Source: Scyliorhinus canicula
Taxonomy: Eukaryota
DNA length: 64,000 nucleotides
Direction: 5' to 3'
NCBI RefSeq assembly: GCF_902713615.1
Contig: NC_052149.1
Span: 147,909,383-147,973,382 of the forward strand
In this document: piece after piece, positions 62,410 to 64,000 of the stretch
How positions within the stretch are numbered: position 1 is the stretch's first letter
Layout of the letters: each line of letters opens with the position of its first letter
Translations under genes and position numbers: made by a program
The notes under the pieces: generated by a model
Seen by the model: the letters and a program-made list of their open reading frames with translations, nothing else
Told to the model about the DNA's origin: nothing
The model's database searches: none

Positions 62410-62900
62410 TCTGAATCAGCTGGGAGGCAGTTGTGTTAACATTTGTTTCCTTGAAGGAGTCAATGTCATTAGTATCGAGGCCATGATCGTCCGAAACCAA
62501 CTTCGCTGGGCCACCCATATGCTTGGAATGTCAGAGTTCTGACTGCCAAGGCAACTCTTCACCCAGCTCAAGGAAGGATCCTGAACAAGAGGAGGACAAA
62601 GGAAGCTCTTCAAAGACACCTTGTAGGCTTATCTCAAGAAATGAAACACAGACGTCAATGCCTGGGAGAAACCTCCTGGTTGAAGGCTCATAATTCTTCA
62701 AGAACAACTGAGCAAGAGAAGGCCTGGAAAAGAAGCCTGAGAAAGGAATACCTGCAACTTAGCATCCAAAGACTGATCCCACCTGGCAAGTGAGTGATTG
62801 AAGATTTGGCTCGAGGATTGGGCTCATCAGCCACGCAAGGACCCATCGATCCTGTGGCCAGTAACATGAGTATCTTAGGTGGACAATCATGCTTATTAGC
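62410..62900 (+). mobile_element. RTE-clade LINE 3' fragment
   Basis: SIEAMIVRNQLRWATHMLGM...LPRQLF...RGGQRKLFKDTL and ...SRIGLISHARTH, the post-RT signature of RTE/BovB-like elements. Confidence 0.7.
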
Positions 62901-64000
62901 GAGTGATCACTACCTTCTATCCATTATAGTTCCTTTAATGGAATTAACACCCTCATGACAATCTAGAGTTTAAAAACAATCATTATTTCACCTTCAAACT
63001 CACTTCATTGAATGACACACCAGGGTTCTCACTGGGCCTGAGAGGGCCGGGACCGAATCTCTCTGGCAGGTCTCATTCCTCAGAGATCAGAGCATCATTT
63101 TTAAAGGGGGCACCCATCTCAGAATCCTGCTGTAGCCTCCCCCAGATCACTGGCAAGGCAAGCCCATACCCGCTACAGCACCACCGCCACACCCGCAATG
63201 TTCACCCCTTGGCAGTGCCAATCTGGTACCTTGCACTCCAAGGGGTGGCAAGGGTGTGAGTACCCCCCCCCCCCCCCCCCCCACACACACTTGCCTCCAG
63301 CATGTCGAGTGGGGATCTTCCATGGGAAGTGGGGATCAGGGAGGCTTGTGGTAGGCTGGAGGGGCTCAGCTAGGGGTTCTTCCCTGGGATGGGGGGTCAT
63401 TTGTCTGTTCTTCCAAGAGCAAGTGCTCTGTCTGAGTGTTGCCCCTGCACCTTCTTGGTCTCTTAAAAAAATAGCTGTTCAAAAAACAGCTACTGCTCTG
63501 AGTTAATTGAACCACTGCAGAGCAATATAAATAAACAACCTTAATACTTCCTTTGAAACTTCCTGGACCTGCCAATCAAATAGATTTTAAAAGGCAATGG
63601 TCCATGAAGTTGAATGGAAACAATGTAGTTCAAAATGTTTAGGCTTCTAGACATGCAAGCAGGCTTTGATACTTCAAAGGCAATGAAATTGACTGGAAAA
63701 AAAACACTTCAAAGGTTTCCACCACATTTTACCTTTATTTCAGAGATCTTTGAACTTGACATACCGGGGAACAGATTAAAGGATTGAGGGCAACAGATGG
63801 GAACACTTTCACTTTATTATCAGCAAACTTTATTTTTGAGTTGCAGACAAACTGTTCTAAGGTCTTAAGGTTACAGAAGGGAACAATTTCACTTTATTAT
63901 AAAAAAAAACATTATAATTGAGATATTGAAACATTGTTCAAAAACTGCAGGTGGATAGAGCAATCAAACTATCCCTATCCCAGGAAAGGTCCACGATCTG

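Overview
Eukaryotic, repeat-dominated DNA, inferred to be a cartilaginous fish (shark-like): it carries many HE1/V-SINE copies and HER1/CR1-type LINE tails. Most of the window is transposable elements. (i) A nested complex at 18.8-28.4 kb: an old minus-strand Gypsy contains a 5'-truncated L1 (16-bp TSD), which contains a younger two-LTR Gypsy (20147-24859, gag-pol, LTRs differ at 9/243 sites), which contains an HE1 SINE; a hAT element sits in the same old Gypsy. (ii) A full-length but disabled L1 (48361-53859). (iii) A Harbinger/PIF element with a spliced Myb/SANT-like gene remnant but no visible transposase (37718-41353), plus about a dozen GC/CpG-rich MITEs with similar GGGC..ATTCTC termini. 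(iv) CR1-like, Penelope and RTE fragments, solo LTRs and modular SINEs. Host-gene signal is limited to two candidate minus-strand exons (55903-55950, and a terminal exon 13824-13963 with about 1 kb of 3'UTR) of a gene I cannot name. Most interesting points: the young Gypsy has no tRNA primer-binding site but has a 13-nt segment complementary to its own LTR poly(A) signal; the MITEs carry clustered NRF1/CRE-type motifs; the SINEs show head/tail shuffling; and two short insertions appear templated from neighbouring DNA. Coordinates and mismatch counts were read by eye and no database searches were run.
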